From NCBI GenBank assembly GCA_965233585.1, contig CBDDTI010000745.1, positions 384,001 to 448,000 of the forward strand: a DNA stretch of 64,000 bases, in the 5' to 3' direction. The notes beneath the pieces were generated by a model. The model saw nothing but the letters and a program-made list of their open reading frames with translations. It was not told where the DNA came from and ran no database searches. The DNA comes from a bacterium. GTDB taxonomy: Bacteria; SAR324; NAC60-12. The position numbers and the translations under genes were made by a program. Below are positions 1-12,636 of this stretch, piece by piece; within the stretch, counting starts at the first letter, position 1; each line of letters opens with the position of its first letter.

Positions 1-617
1 TTCAAATGGGTTGAGAATCCCACTAGAGACGAAGCGTCAAGCGTTAGAAATGTCTGTCAATAGTGTAGGCATCAGAAAGATAGCTCGTTTTGTGCAGGTG
101 TCTCCAACTTCTGTTCTCAACTGGATCAAAAAAGCCAGAGTGTCTCAAATCCCAAAAGACGCACCAAGTTTCCATGAACAAGTAGATAGTATAGAGATGG
201 ATGAGATCTATACTTTTGTTCAAAAAAAAGTCAAAGAGTAGCCGTTTGGACAGCAGACTCTCGTAGAAAGCAATGTGTGATTGCCTTTGTGATAGGCAAA
301 GGATTGGCAGCTGCCCAAAAGTTGTATGCACTAGTCAAAGAACAGCGACCTAGAATGAAGACGATCTATACCGATGCCAACTCATGCTATCAAGTGGCAT
401 TTGCTCAATGACAAATTCAACAGAACCACGAAATAGGCAAGAGAAATACTCATCTCATTGAATCTTCTAATTCTTCCATCAGAGATAACCTAGCTCGCTT
501 GATGAGAACATCTAAACGACATTCTAAAACTTTGGACATGCTACAACACTCTCTCAAACTCTTCTTTCACTATAAAAGACTTGAAAAATATCATGTCAAC
601 ACCAAGTGAACACTGCC
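1..617 (+). mobile_element. IS1-family insertion sequence (5' end cut off by window edge), probably defective
   Basis: InsA-like HTH ORF 11-241 (GIRKIARFVQVSPTSVLNWIK, IEMDEIYTFV). A8G slippery run at 222-230. The -1 frame gives InsB-like VWTADSR...IYTDANSCY...HLIESSNSSIRDNLARL with an in-frame TGA at 409-411. Terminal IR CAACACCAAGTGAACACTGCC ends at 617. Confidence 0.9.
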
Positions 618-938
618 GTCATTGCTCACCTTGACCCGCAATCTCCCTTGTTTTTTTCCCAATAACTCTTGTTTTTGAGATTCTGAATCAAGTTCAGAAT
701 GACGGATTTGAGTCATTCCCCTGTTTTCACAAGAGGCAGGCTCTGAGTTCTCTTCGTCATTCCTGCGAAAGCAGGAATCCATGCTTGGTTTGGTGATAGA
801 TTCCGCATCAAGTGCGGAATGACGATTTGCTCTTTTTTCCCATTCCCCCGTCATTGCGGGACCTGACCCGCAATCTCTCTTTTTTTCCTATACAGAACTT
901 TTTCACTTTTGAGATTCCGCATCAAGTGTTCCAATGAC
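618..938. repeat. Cluster of about 6 GTCATT-N-AATC palindromic repeats (REP/REPIN-like)
   Basis: GATTCTGAATCAAGTTCAGAATGAC (~679), GTCATTCCTGCGAAAGCAGGAATC (~756), GATTCCGCATCAAGTGCGGAATGAC (~799), GTCATTGCGGGACCTGACCCGCAATCTC (~850), arranged as inverted doublets. The same family recurs at 60.5-63.3 kb. Confidence 0.9.
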
Positions 939-1309
939 AAAAGATGTCATTTTTATTTTGTGCAAAGATGCAATACTGAAAAAATTTAATTTGTTTATTT
1001 AAAGGCTGTCCTAGATAGATACCCAATCATAGGTTAGATACCTATGCCAACCCCAAAACATTTCAAACAAATCAAACAAAATTTTTGTTTCAAATAAACT
1101 GTTCTGCTTGACTTAAAAAATTCATCAGATGGCATTGCCAATGCAGAGTTTTTTTAAAAAAAGCAAAAGGAGTCAAGCAACGTCTTCATTTTTAAATCTT
1201 TTTCAGTTATGCTCGTAGGCGTTCCCTAATTCAAGCAAAACTTGAATCAAAATTAAATCACGCTTAAATTGCTTAAATTCAACTTGAATCCAACCAGTAT
1301 AGGAATGTT

Positions 1310-2221
1310 ATGAATCGTATAGGAATTGACCTTGGAGGTACTAAGACAGAAATCATTTTAACGAAAGAAAACCCTTTAGATGTTGTAGAACGCAAGCGGA
1401 TTCCCACACAACAACACGCAGGCTATCACTTTGTTTTCAATCAACTGGCAAACCTCATCAATGATTTTCAAACGCTCTGCGAGACTCCCCCCATGATTGG
1501 CATGGGGATCCCGGGAATCATTGACCCCAATACAGGCATTGTCAAAAATGCCAATACGACTTGTCTCATTGGACAACCTCTGAAGGCAGACCTTGAATCT
1601 GTGATTGACAATCAAATCACCATCTCTAACGATGCCAACTGCTTTGCTTTGTCAGAAGCACTTTATGGTGCAGGACAGGGTTATCAGACAGTGCTTGGTA
1701 TCATTTTGGGGACAGGCACAGGAGGGGGATTGATTGCTCATGGTAAAGTTTGGGAAGGCAAGCATGGCATTGGTGCTGAGATTGGGCATGTGAGTTTGAA
1801 TCACAAAGGTCCGAAATGTTGGTGTGGCATCTCAGGTTGTATGGAACAATACATCTCAGGGACAGGCTTGCAACGACTTTATTTTAAAAAAACAAAGGTT
1901 AAAAAAACGGCTCAACAGATTCATGCCGATTATCGTGCCAAAGACCCCTCTGCCCAAGAAGTCTTTGCTGATTATTTCCGCTTTTTTGGTCAAGCAATCG
2001 GTGGATTGATTTGTGTGCTTGACCCTGAAATTATCGTATTGGGGGGCGGAGTGTCTAATATTCCTGAACTTTATACTTTGGGATTAGAATCTATTCAAGA
2101 CTTTGTACTTTCGGAGGGGGCGCAAATTTTGCTCGTGCCAAATCAATTAGGTGATTCAAGCGGTGTCTATGGTGCGGCTTTGCTGTCTCACCCTGAAGTC
2201 AAGCAGAATCTGAATTTATGA
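1310..2221 (+). CDS. ROK family sugar kinase (fructokinase/Mak-like)
   Basis: [43 protein letters not shown]n motif, [10 protein letters not shown]; no N-terminal HTH. Confidence 0.92.
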   Translation: MNRIGIDLGGTKTEIILTKENPLDVVERKRIPTQQHAGYHFVFNQLANLINDFQTLCETPPMIGMGIPGIIDPNTGIVKNANTTCLIGQPLKADLESVIDNQITISNDANCFALSEALYGAGQGYQTVLGIILGTGTGGGLIAHGKVWEGKHGIGAEIGHVSLNHKGPKCWCGISGCMEQYISGTGLQRLYFKKTKVKKTAQQIHADYRAKDPSAQEVFADYFRFFGQAIGGLICVLDPEIIVLGGGVSNIPELYTLGLESIQDFVLSEGAQILLVPNQLGDSSGVYGAALLSHPEVKQNLNL

Positions 2222-5055
2222 TTCCCGGACGTATTCGTACCAAAATTCTGCTAGCGTTCTTCTTCATTTGTGCCATTGCTCTAGCAGGGTATCTCTTCCT
2301 TTACTTTCAATTTAAACGTCAAAACCAAGTCATCAATCGCTTGATTGAGCAGCAACAACCCATGATTTTGGCATGGTCTCAGTTGTTAGGTGGCATCAAT
2401 CGTTCGCTGGCGGCAAGCCGTGGATACGCTCTTTTTGGCACTCAATCCTTTTTGAATGAAAGAAATCAGGCATGGAAGGAGCAGATTTATCCCACGATGG
2501 AAAAGCTCAAAATCTTCTACGACCAAGACCATGAAGAATTTCAAGCCCAAGAAGTGAGAATGTACTATGATTTGAGGCTTGATGTCTTGGAATTAGACCA
2601 AGTGCAAAAGGAAATAGGAAACATTGTGCAACGTCCAGAAAATATCCCTGCACTAGAGACCTTTGAGCAAACTATCTATCCTGCCATCTCTCAAATGGTG
2701 ACCAATCTCACTCAAATTTTCCAAAATTCTCCAGAGATTCAATATGCCACAACTCATCATCAACTTTGGGATATGATTGAGGCATTGAGATTTTTTATTT
2801 CTGAAGGACAAGAAGACCAATGGCAGGCAGTTTTGGCACTTTGGGCAACCAATGAACGTGTGTCACTTGATTTAAACTCTCAAAGCCAACAATTCTCCAA
2901 ACTACAAAAATCGCATTGGAGGCAATACCAAACGAACAGAAGACGAGTTGAAGGCACTTTGCCCCAAATTCATCAGCTCCGTCATTTAGAAGATTGGAAC
3001 ATCGCACATCATCGCATGACAGCGGTTGCTGTTCCACTAGTCAAAAAAATAGAATCGGACATCTCCAAGATTTTGCAGTGGCACTTTGATTCTGCAAGAA
3101 CCAACAATTTACAACTTCAAGAAGACTTGACGTTGTCGCTCACATGGCTTTTAGCGGTGGCACTTGGTGTCTTTTTGTTGGGAATTGTCCTTGCTATTTT
3201 ATTAAGACAACGGATTGTGCAACCTTTGATGGAGCTTCGCGATGCTGTCAGAAAAGTCAAATATGAAGATTTTGATGGGCATTTAGAACTCAACAGCCAA
3301 GATGAAGTAGGTGAGCTAGCAGGTGAGTTTGAGGAGATGCTTCATGCCATCAGTGAACGTACGAAAGATGCCAACCGCAGTCGTCAGATTTTGGAAAACT
3401 CTCCTTTTCCTGTGATGCTGGCAACCCCTGACAGAGAACTGGTTTATTTGAATGCCGCTGCCCTGCGTGAGTTGAAACGACTGGCTCAATTCCTGCCAGT
3501 GTCTCCTGACCAGATGCTTGGTCAAAACATTGACTTCATGTTGGAAATGGGAAAAGTCCAACCCTCTCGCTTGTCCCTTCCCTACACACTTCCCCCAAAA
3601 ACAGACATTCACATTGGCACACAAATTATTGAGATGACCTTCAGCCCCTTGCACGATGCAGACAACCAATTTCTTGGCTCTGCTCTTCATTGGAACAATG
3701 CCACACAAGAAAGGCAGACCCAACAAAAACTTTTGGAACTTGTCAGTCATCGCGAAGCAGAAGGGAAGAACCAGCAAAAAATGTTACAACAGCTTGAAAG
3801 TCAGAATGAAAAATTATTGGAGCAAGTCCGCATTGACCGCGCCCAAGCAGACATGTCAGAAATCATTCTTACCCTTGACATCAATGAAACCTTAGCCTCT
3901 GCTGTTCAAATTCTGGCAGAAGCCACAAATTCACAATTTGCTCTGCTTTATCTTGACGAACAACAAAACGCAACCTTGCAACTCAAACAATCCTATGCCA
4001 TAGACCGCAGTGTGTTGGACGCAGAGCTTTACAAGTCTGATGGCTTCCCAACTCATATTTTTCAAACACACCAAGCTCAAATGATTCGTCAGCCTGAAAT
4101 TCTTAAAACAAGCTCCTTTCAACTGGGATTTGGCATCGCCTCACCTGCAGTGGTGGCAGGCTATCCTTTAATGTTCCAAAAAACTTGTTTAGGAGTGCTG
4201 ATTTTGGCAAGCACGACTGAATTTCACGAGGTCATTTTACGTTTCATTGAAAACATCACCCCCCAAATCGCTGTCTCTTTGCAAAATGCAATGACCTTTC
4301 AAACTGCAGAAAACAGACGTGAAACCTTAGAAGTGGTCAATTTAGAACTAGAAGCGGCAACCCAAATGAAAAGTGAGTTTTTGGCAAATATGTCCCATGA
4401 GTTGCGTACGCCACTCAATGCCATTATCGGATTTGCAGACACCTTGCTTGATGAAGACAATGACCCATTGACTTCATACCAAAAAGACCGTCTTGGCAGG
4501 ATTCACAAAAGCGGGCAACATCTGCTGGAACTCATCAATTCCATTCTTGACATTTCCAAGATTGAGGCAGGCAAGATGCAGTTGCATGCAGATTGGTTTA
4601 GCTTCTATGATTTGGCAGAAGAAACACTTGGCGTCGTAGAACCCCTTGCCAGTCATAAACATTTAGCCCTCAACATGGAAGTCTCAAAAAGCATCGCCAA
4701 ATGCTACACAGACCAAGACAAAATCAGGCAAATTCTCATCAACTTGCTAGGGAATGCCATCAAGTTTACACAAGCAGGTGAGGTGTCCCTTTCTGCTAAA
4801 ATTGTTGATGATATGCTCACTTTTCAAGTGCAAGACACAGGTTGTGGCATTGAAGAGTCTCAGCTTGAGACCATTTTTGAAGTGTTTAATCAAGGCGATG
4901 CCTCCGATACAAGAAAATTTGAAGGCACAGGACTTGGACTAGCACTTGTTAAAAAAATGGCACAACTTCTTGGCGGTGATGTCTCTGTCAGCTCGCAACT
5001 TGGTCAAGGCTCACAATTCACACTCCAAATCCCAAGTCATTTCAAACAACTATGA
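2218..5055 (+). CDS. Membrane sensor histidine kinase (periplasmic helical sensor-HAMP-PAS-GAF-HisKA-HATPase)
   Basis: Two TM segments, HAMP ([10 protein letters not shown]), H-box [20 protein letters not shown]-box [11 protein letters not shown]-boxes DTGCGI and GTGLGL; ATGA overlap with the ROK gene. Confidence 0.92.
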   Translation: MIPGRIRTKILLAFFFICAIALAGYLFLYFQFKRQNQVINRLIEQQQPMILAWSQLLGGINRSLAASRGYALFGTQSFLNERNQAWKEQIYPTMEKLKIFYDQDHEEFQAQEVRMYYDLRLDVLELDQVQKEIGNIVQRPENIPALETFEQTIYPAISQMVTNLTQIFQNSPEIQYATTHHQLWDMIEALRFFISEGQEDQWQAVLALWATNERVSLDLNSQSQQFSKLQKSHWRQYQTNRRRVEGTLPQIHQLRHLEDWNIAHHRMTAVAVPLVKKIESDISKILQWHFDSARTNNLQLQEDLTLSLTWLLAVALGVFLLGIVLAILLRQRIVQPLMELRDAVRKVKYEDFDGHLELNSQDEVGELAGEFEEMLHAISERTKDANRSRQILENSPFPVMLATPDRELVYLNAAALRELKRLAQFLPVSPDQMLGQNIDFMLEMGKVQPSRLSLPYTLPPKTDIHIGTQIIEMTFSPLHDADNQFLGSALHWNNATQERQTQQKLLELVSHREAEGKNQQKMLQQLESQNEKLLEQVRIDRAQADMSEIILTLDINETLASAVQILAEATNSQFALLYLDEQQNATLQLKQSYAIDRSVLDAELYKSDGFPTHIFQTHQAQMIRQPEILKTSSFQLGFGIASPAVVAGYPLMFQKTCLGVLILASTTEFHEVILRFIENITPQIAVSLQNAMTFQTAENRRETLEVVNLELEAATQMKSEFLANMSHELRTPLNAIIGFADTLLDEDNDPLTSYQKDRLGRIHKSGQHLLELINSILDISKIEAGKMQLHADWFSFYDLAEETLGVVEPLASHKHLALNMEVSKSIAKCYTDQDKIRQILINLLGNAIKFTQAGEVSLSAKIVDDMLTFQVQDTGCGIEESQLETIFEVFNQGDASDTRKFEGTGLGLALVKKMAQLLGGDVSVSSQLGQGSQFTLQIPSHFKQL

Positions 5056-5143
5056 AGAAACCAGCCCTCAAAGAACAACAAAGAAAAGTAAGGAGCAAGT
5101 CCAAGTGGGCAAGTAGGGAAGTTTTTAATGAATTTTTGAATCA

Positions 5144-6001
5144 ATGAGTTTCAAGGAAAAAAGAAAGATGATGCGATTTTTAGACATGAAGACAGATTAT
5201 GCCTTCAAGATGGTGTTTGGCAGTGAGCAGAACAAAGACATTTTAATCAGCCTACTCAATTCTATTGTTCACTTTGAAAATGACCACAAAATCAAAGACT
5301 TAACTTTGCAAGACCCCTACAATCTGCCTTTGTTAGAGGGCATGAAAAACTCCTTTGTAGATGTCAAAGCAAGGCTAGACAACGGCAAGCTGGTCATCAT
5401 TGAGATGCAAGTGCTGAAACATGAGGGTTTTGAACAGCGAATACTCTACAATGCCTGTAAGAATTATTCTGCACAACTTCAAGAAGGAGACCCCTACCAG
5501 CTCATCAATCCTATCATCGCTTTGAACTTTGTCAATTTTGTCATGTTTGGAGAGAATAAGCAGCTGATCAATCACTTTCAGTTGTTAGAAAAAACACTTT
5601 TTACCCGCTACTCTGGGGACATTGAACTGATTTTTGTAGAACTACCAAAATTCCAAAAAGGATTAGAAGAGTTGCAAGAATTGAAAGAACAATGGATTTA
5701 TTTTGTCAAAAATGCAGAACTGCTGCATGACATTCCAGAAAGCCTTGATTCACACATTCAAAAAGCCTTGGTGCAAGTCAATACCGCTGCAATGACACCA
5801 CAAGAATTGGAGAGAATCTACAAGCGGAGAGAATTTTCTGTTGTCATCAACAGTGTCAAACATCAGAGCTTTCAAGAAGGCAGAGAAGAAGGAATTGAGA
5901 AAGGGAAACTTGAGATTGCCCACAAAATGTTGGCATCTGGCACCGATTTAGAGACTGTTTGCCATCTAACAGGACTCACCAAACAACAACTTGAACAATA
6001 A
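5144..6001 (+). CDS. Rpn family PD-(D/E)XK nuclease / putative transposase
   Basis: FLDMKTDYAFKMVFG, DVKARLDNGKLVIIEMQ, FVELPKF, C-terminal EGREEGIEKGK...TGL tail; true start may be at MMRFLD. Confidence 0.88.
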   Translation: MSFKEKRKMMRFLDMKTDYAFKMVFGSEQNKDILISLLNSIVHFENDHKIKDLTLQDPYNLPLLEGMKNSFVDVKARLDNGKLVIIEMQVLKHEGFEQRILYNACKNYSAQLQEGDPYQLINPIIALNFVNFVMFGENKQLINHFQLLEKTLFTRYSGDIELIFVELPKFQKGLEELQELKEQWIYFVKNAELLHDIPESLDSHIQKALVQVNTAAMTPQELERIYKRREFSVVINSVKHQSFQEGREEGIEKGKLEIAHKMLASGTDLETVCHLTGLTKQQLEQ

Positions 6002-6054
6002 AATCGCTTACGAAGCATCAGACGATGTAGTGTTTCAATTCCCCTCTGACAAGA

Positions 6055-6827
6055 GGCAGTGTTCACTTGGTGTTGTTACCATGTTCTTTGAACCTTTTAT
6101 AGTCAAAGAAGAGTTTGAGAGAGTGTTGTAGCATGTCCAAAGTTTTAGAATGTCGTTTAGATGTTCTCATCAAGCGAGCTAGGTTATCTCTGATGGAAGA
6201 ATTAGAAGATTCAATGAGATGAGTCTTTTTTTGCCTATTTCATGGTTCTCTGGAATTTGTCATTGAGCAAATGCCACTTGATAGCATGAGTTGGCATCGG
6301 TATAGATTGTCTTCATTCTAGGTCGCTGTTCTTTGACTAGTGCATACAACTTTTGGGCAGCTGCCAATCCTTTGCCTATCACAAAGGCAATCACACATTG
6401 TTCTCTACGAGAGTCTGCTGTCCAAACAGCTACTCTTTGACTTTTTTTTGAACAAAAGTATAGATTTCATCCATCTCTATACGATCTACTTGCTCTTTGA
6501 AACTTGGTGCGTCTTTTGGGAATTGAGACACTCTGGCTTTTTTTGATCCAGTTGAGAACAGAAGTTGGAGATACCTGCACAAAACGAGCTATCTTTCTGA
6601 TGCCTACACTATTGACATACATTTCTAAAGCTTGACGCTTGGTCTCTAGTGGGATTCTCAACCCATTTGAACTGAATGACCTCCCACATGATTTGCAAGA
6701 ATATCTCTGCACTCCTTTGTAACAACCATTCTTGATGTAAGTCTGACTCCCACAATGATGACAACTTCTCATATTCATTCCTCAAATTTACTCTCACACG
6801 CAATAACAATACCAAGTGAACACTACT
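6055..6827 (-). mobile_element. IS1-family insertion sequence, full length but defective (inverted sister of the copy at 1-617)
   Basis: IRs GGCAGTGTTCACTTGGTGTTG (6055) and CAATACCAAGTGAACACTACT (ends 6827). InsA Zn-ribbon CHHC...CKSC ORF 6467-6778. An extra A (A7 vs A6) near 6538-6544 shifts the frame. Same in-frame TGA as copy 1 (6260-6262). Confidence 0.9.
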
Positions 6828-6899
6828 CTCTACTGGAGAGGTGTTTGCTCACAGCAAGTGGGATGGTTCAAAATTAAAAAAATCCCCTTCCTAATCTCT

Positions 6900-7440
6900 T
6901 AACCTTCTTCTTCCTTAAATTTTTCAAAATACTCTCAAGTCACAGCCTGAGTTTTTTGTACTTGTATAACCCAAGTTTCTAGTAAGAAGTAGTCCATATC
7001 TCGTGATAGAGTAGTGTTTTGACAATCAACTTTAATCCATCATGGTGGGACATAGACTACGAAATCATAAGAGTCTATTGCCTCCTTACGCAAAGATAAC
7101 CACAGCTGTAGTTGCCAACCTGTATTTTGTTTCAAATCACTAACAAGCTCAACAGTTTTTAAGAGAACACCGCTATATTCCTCACATGCTCAATAAAATC
7201 TGCTTTAACAAAAGATTGCACCAACTTCCTAAAGCCTTGTAGAGCCAAGTCTTTGTGACTTCTCAAGACAAACTCATCATGACAATGTTAGCCAAGAAGA
7301 TAGCATAGATAGTTTTCCAATTGCAGTTTGCCACAACCAAATCTCGGCTCTCTTTCCTAAATCTATTCATGCCGTCACCCAAAGAGGTTTCTATATCAAA
7401 GCAACTTCTTTTATCTGGGCTTTCTCTCTACCAAAATCAA
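6900..7440 (-). pseudogene. Possible decayed ORF of unknown function between the IS and the CRISPR trailer
   Basis: Protein-like minus-strand stretches (FVLRSHKDLALQGFRKLVQSFVKADFIEHV; GVLLKTVELVSDLKQNTGWQLQLWLSLRKEAIDSYDFVVYVPP*WIKVD...) broken by stops and frameshifts; family not recognised. Confidence 0.3.
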
Positions 7441-10400
7441 AAATTTACTAGTAACTTGAGTTATCTTAAATGAGCATCAGATACAAATTGGCATGTCATA
7501 GGTAGGGTACGGAAAACTTCGTATGATACCGCAAATCTACCGAGATCTACAACAGTAGAAATTAAATAAGTCTATTAGACGATACGGCTTAGATCTGAAT
7601 CCTTCATATCTACAACAGTAGAAATTAAATAAGTCTATTAGACTCTCATGGTTATAGAAACTCCTATATATCTACAACAGTAGAAATTAAATAAGTCTAT
7701 TAGACCAGCAATGGATTAATAAGATTGGTGCAATCTACAACAGTAGAAATTAAATAAGTCTATTAGACGCGGGAAGATTTACGGACATAGTTACCTAATC
7801 TACAACAGTAGAAATTAAATAAGTCTATTAGACAGTTTCGCAAGTCCTGTGATCTTGACATCTACAACAGTAGAAATTAAATAAGTCTATTAGACAATAA
7901 CGGAGGTTAGTGTTGGGACTTAGATCTACAACAGTAGAAATTAAATAAGTCTATTAGACGTTGTTGAATGGAAAAAACGACAGAAATCTACAACAGTAGA
8001 AATTAAATAAGTCTATTAGACGCTCCTGAACGAGCGAACTGCTTCATATCTACAACAGTAGAAATTAAATAAGTCTATTAGACGAGCCACAACAGAAGCT
8101 CCCACAGGATATCTACAACAGTAGAAATTAAATAAGTCTATTAGACTAAAAAAAGCTGTCAGACTTGCGTCTCTATCTACAACAGTAGAAATTAAATAAG
8201 TCTATTAGACTATGCGGTGGTGATTGATGCAGACTACATCTACAACAGTAGAAATTAAATAAGTCTATTAGACGCATCTTGGAACAAACAGAATTTTACA
8301 TCTACAACAGTAGAAATTAAATAAGTCTATTAGACGAGCCACAACAGAAGCTCCCACAGGATATCTACAACAGTAGAAATTAAATAAGTCTATTAGACTA
8401 TGCGGTGGTAATTGATGCAGACTACATCTACAACAGTAGAAATTAAATAAGTCTATTAGACGCATCTTGGAACAAACAGAATTTTACATCTACAACAGTA
8501 GAAATTAAATAAGTCTATTAGACATGCGAAAAGGACTAGAGTGATGAGTATCTACAACAGTAGAAATTAAATAAGTCTATTAGACGATCCACAACAGAAG
8601 CTCCCACAGGATATCTACAACAGTAGAAATTAAATAAGTCTATTAGACATGCGAAAAGGACTAGAGTGATGAGTATCTACAACAGTAGAAATTAAATAAG
8701 TCTATTAGACGCACAAATCTCCAAGGCACCAGTGCATATCTACAACAGTAGAAATTAAATAAGTCTATTAGACACTTCTGACCTTATAATATCCTATGTA
8801 TCTACAACAGTAGAAATTAAATAAGTCTATTAGACTAAAGCAAGAAATATGACGACGCAAGTATCTACAACAGTAGAAATTAAATAAGTCTATTAGACTA
8901 AAGCAAGAAATATGACGACGCAAGTATCTACAACAGTAGAAATTAAATAAGTCTATTAGACTATAATGACAATCTGCACACATGTCATCATCTACAACAG
9001 TAGAAATTAAATAAGTCTATTAGACGAACTCAAAGCAGTCAATGCCTCATTATCTACAACAGTAGAAATTAAATAAGTCTATTAGACAGCATTTATTTCC
9101 ATTCTGAACAGAAATCTACAACAGTAGAAATTAAATAAGTCTATTAGACGAACTCAAAGCAGTCAATGCCTCATTATCTACAACAGTAGAAATTAAATAA
9201 GTCTATTAGACGGCATTTATTTCCATTCTGAACAGAAATCTACAACAGTAGAAATTAAATAAGTCTATTAGACCAAAAGGCGCTAAAGGTGAACTAATAA
9301 TCTACAACAGTAGAAATTAAATAAGTCTATTAGACCGTTGAAGAAGTAATCATCAGAGACAATATCTACAACAGTAGAAATTAAATAAGTCTATTAGACA
9401 ATTGGAGCGAAAAAAAGACGTTGACGAAATCTACAACAGTAGAAATTAAATAAGTCTATTAGACAAGTCTCTGTGCGACTCATCAATGGTGATCTACAAC
9501 AGTAGAAATTAAATAAGTCTATTAGACGGTGCTGCAATCTGCCAAAACGGGTCGTATCTACAACAGTAGAAATTAAATAAGTCTATTAGACTTCCAAGAT
9601 TGAAGAGTCTTTTTGTCTTATCTACAACAGTAGAAATTAAATAAGTCTATTAGACTCAACACGATCTAGGTTGTCTTTGGTATCTACAACAGTAGAAATT
9701 AAATAAGTCTATTAGACTTTTTCTGGAATTGATGCATACATCTATCTACAACAGTAGAAATTAAATAAGTCTATTAGACTTGAGACGTTAGTCGAGATCA
9801 GTTCGGTATCTACAACAGTAGAAATTAAATAAGTCTATTAGACGTTTTTCTGGAATTGACACGTACACCTATCTACAACAGTAGAAATTAAATAAGTCTA
9901 TTAGACCAAACTATTGAAGTTGAATACAATATATCTACAACAGTAGAAATTAAATAAATCTATTAGACTTTTTCTGGAATTGATGCATACATCTATCTAC
10001 AACAGTAGAAATTAAATAAGTCTATTAGACTTGAGACGTTAGTCGAGATCAGTTCGGTATCTACAACAGTAGAAATTAAATAAGTCTATTAGACGTTTTT
10101 CTGGAATTGACACGTACACCTATCTACAACAGTAGAAATTAAATAAGTCTATTAGACCAAACTATTGAAGTTGAATACAATATATCTACAACAGTAGAAA
10201 TTAAATAAGTCTATTAGACGCAAGATGAATCTTTTGAGATATTTCTATCTACAACAGTAGAAATTAAATAAGTCTATTAGACTTTTGGACAATCATGTTT
10301 ATAGAATTAATCTACAACAGTAGAAATTAAATAAGTCTATTAGACAGACTTTTTCAAATCTAATCCCTCGTATCTACAACAGTAGAAATTAAATAAGTCT

Positions 10401-11837
10401 ATTAGACAACAACGAAATTAACTTGAACAACCCTATCTACAACAGTAGAAATTAAATAAGTCTATTAGACATCATTTTCCGAAACTTGGAGAAACCAATC
10501 TACAACAGTAGAAATTAAATAAGTCTATTAGACAATTCAGGAGGGTATCATTCCCATTCTAATCTACAACAGTAGAAATTAAATAAGTCTATTAGACATG
10601 GAGGGGGGAACATTCTCAACACATCTACAACAGTAGAAATTAAATAAGTCTATTAGACAAAAAGAATTACGTCCCATTCTGGAGATCTACAACAGTAGAA
10701 ATTAAATAAGTCTATTAGACATGATGATAATTATCATCATCATCTAATCTACAACAGTAGAAATTAAATAAGTCTATTAGACATTACTGGATTGGATATA
10801 TGTAAATCCATCTACAACAGTAGAAATTAAATAAGTCTATTAGACTTCACAACTATAAATCTTCACAACTAATCTACAACAGTAGAAATTAAATAAGTCT
10901 ATTAGACCCTCTCAATAGACTGGTGCTGGGTTCATCTACAACAGTAGAAATTAAATAAGTCTATTAGACCTAGCTTCTCAAAAGCAAATGACTCAGAATC
11001 TACAACAGTAGAAATTAAATAAGTCTATTAGACAAAAAGAATTACGTCCCATTCTGGAGATCTACAACAGTAGAAATTAAATAAGTCTATTAGACATGAT
11101 GATAATTATCATCATCATCTAATCTACAACAGTAGAAATTAAATAAGTCTATTAGACATTACTGGATTGGATATATGTAAATCCATCTACAACAGTAGAA
11201 ATTAAATAAGTCTATTAGACTTCACAACTATAAATCTTCACAACTAATCTACAACAGTAGAAATTAAATAAGTCTATTAGACCCTCTCAATAGACTGGTG
11301 CTGGGTTCATCTACAACAGTAGAAATTAAATAAGTCTATTAGACCTAGCTTCTCAAAAGCAAATGACTCAGAATCTACAACAGTAGAAATTAAATAAGTC
11401 TATTAGACAAGATTTGGATTTGAGGAAGATGAAACCATCTACAACAGTAGAAATTAAATAAGTCTATTAGACACTTTGATGTCTGCTGCTCCGTATTATC
11501 TACAACAGTAGAAATTAAATAAGTCTATTAAACAAAAATAACTTACAAAATTGACAATTAATCTACAACAGTAGAAATTAAATAAGTCTATTAGACATGC
11601 AAGATTTAATAGCTTTTTCAGAAATCTACAACAGTAGAAATTAAATAAGTCTATTAGACCAATTCAATAAGAGTATTCTCTCACACCATCTACAACAGTA
11701 GAAATTAAATAAGCCTATTAGACAGGTTTGTATCATTCTATGATTCCGGATCTACAACAGTAGAAATTAAATAAGTCTATTAGACATGGAAAAGCAACAG
11801 AAATGTTACTTATCTACAACAGTAGAAATTAAATAAG

Positions 11838-12636
11838 GGCATTGTTAAGTAATAAGTGATAGCTGATTATTCCGTTGGCATTGTTAAGTAATAAGTGATA
11901 GTTGATTATTCCGTTTTGCCATGAACAAAAGAACAGAATATTGTAATGCTTTAAGAGACTTGCTGTAACATTTGGTTTTCCTTCTCATTCTTGCCAAGAA
12001 ATGTCTCAAGAGAGAATTATACCCTTCTACCGTGTATGTTTCTGCCTTGGAACATGTATGAATTTCTTTGGGAATGACTTGTTTGTAAGCCTTCCAGTGA
12101 TCAGTCATCACCTGAAGAGGTTTTGTTTCCTTGACCTTGTCCCATAAATGCCTACAGGCTTTTGAGTCTCTGTTTCCAAGCACACAATTGATAAATTGCT
12201 TCCCACATCTATCAACAGCAATCCAGAGCCAGCAGTAGTTTTTTTTGACTGGATGTAGGTGTGCATTTCATCAATTTCCATAATTTCAATGTCTGTGTCC
12301 TTTCTTAATGCCTTGAGCTGTTCGCCAAAACTACAGACCCAATTATAAACTGAAACATGAGAACAATTCAGCAAACGACCGATTGACCTGAAACCAAGAC
12401 CCTCCAAATACAACTCTAATGCTCTTCTTTTGATCTGTGGTGAGATTTGACCACGATAGGACTTGGTATATTGATAGTTGCAGGCATTGCAACGCCTCCT
12501 CGGTTTACCATATAAAAAACCATTCTTAACCATCTTCTCACTTTCACATCTAGGACACGACTTCATTGCTACACCATGACTATCAATTCAATTAAATGAA
12601 CTTAATATCGCATATCACTTATAGTTTAACAATACC
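11838..12636 (-). mobile_element. IS1-family element inserted in a CRISPR repeat (intact unit 11877-12636 plus a 39-bp duplicated end at 11838-11876)
   Basis: IRs GGCATTGTTAA / TTAACAATACC. InsA ORF 12108-12566 (CPRC...CNAC, GLGFRSIGRLL). A8C slippery site at ~12238-12247. InsB part ends at 11884 (VMTDHWKAY, TYTVEGYNSLLRHFLAR). Flanked by duplicated GAAATTAAATAAG. Confidence 0.95.
11884..12566 (-). CDS. IS1-family transposase InsAB' (programmed -1 frameshift)
   Basis: Two overlapping ORFs joined at AAAAAAAAC; DDE residues in EIDE, MTD and VEGYN all present; no internal stop seen. Confidence 0.85.

Noticed and set aside
409..411. In-frame TGA in both IS copies as a sign of an alternative genetic code
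   Set aside because: Conserved genes such as rplU, rpmA, cas2 and nrdA end at TGA at their expected C-termini, so TGA is a stop.
591..854. 87-aa ORF, and similar ORFs at 62948-63163, 60773-60970 and 63286-63483
   Set aside because: They read through REP clusters or duplicated non-coding DNA; no protein-family signal.
8268..8983. Short ORFs with repeated LIDLFNFYCCR in the array
   Set aside because: They are translations of CRISPR repeats, not genes.
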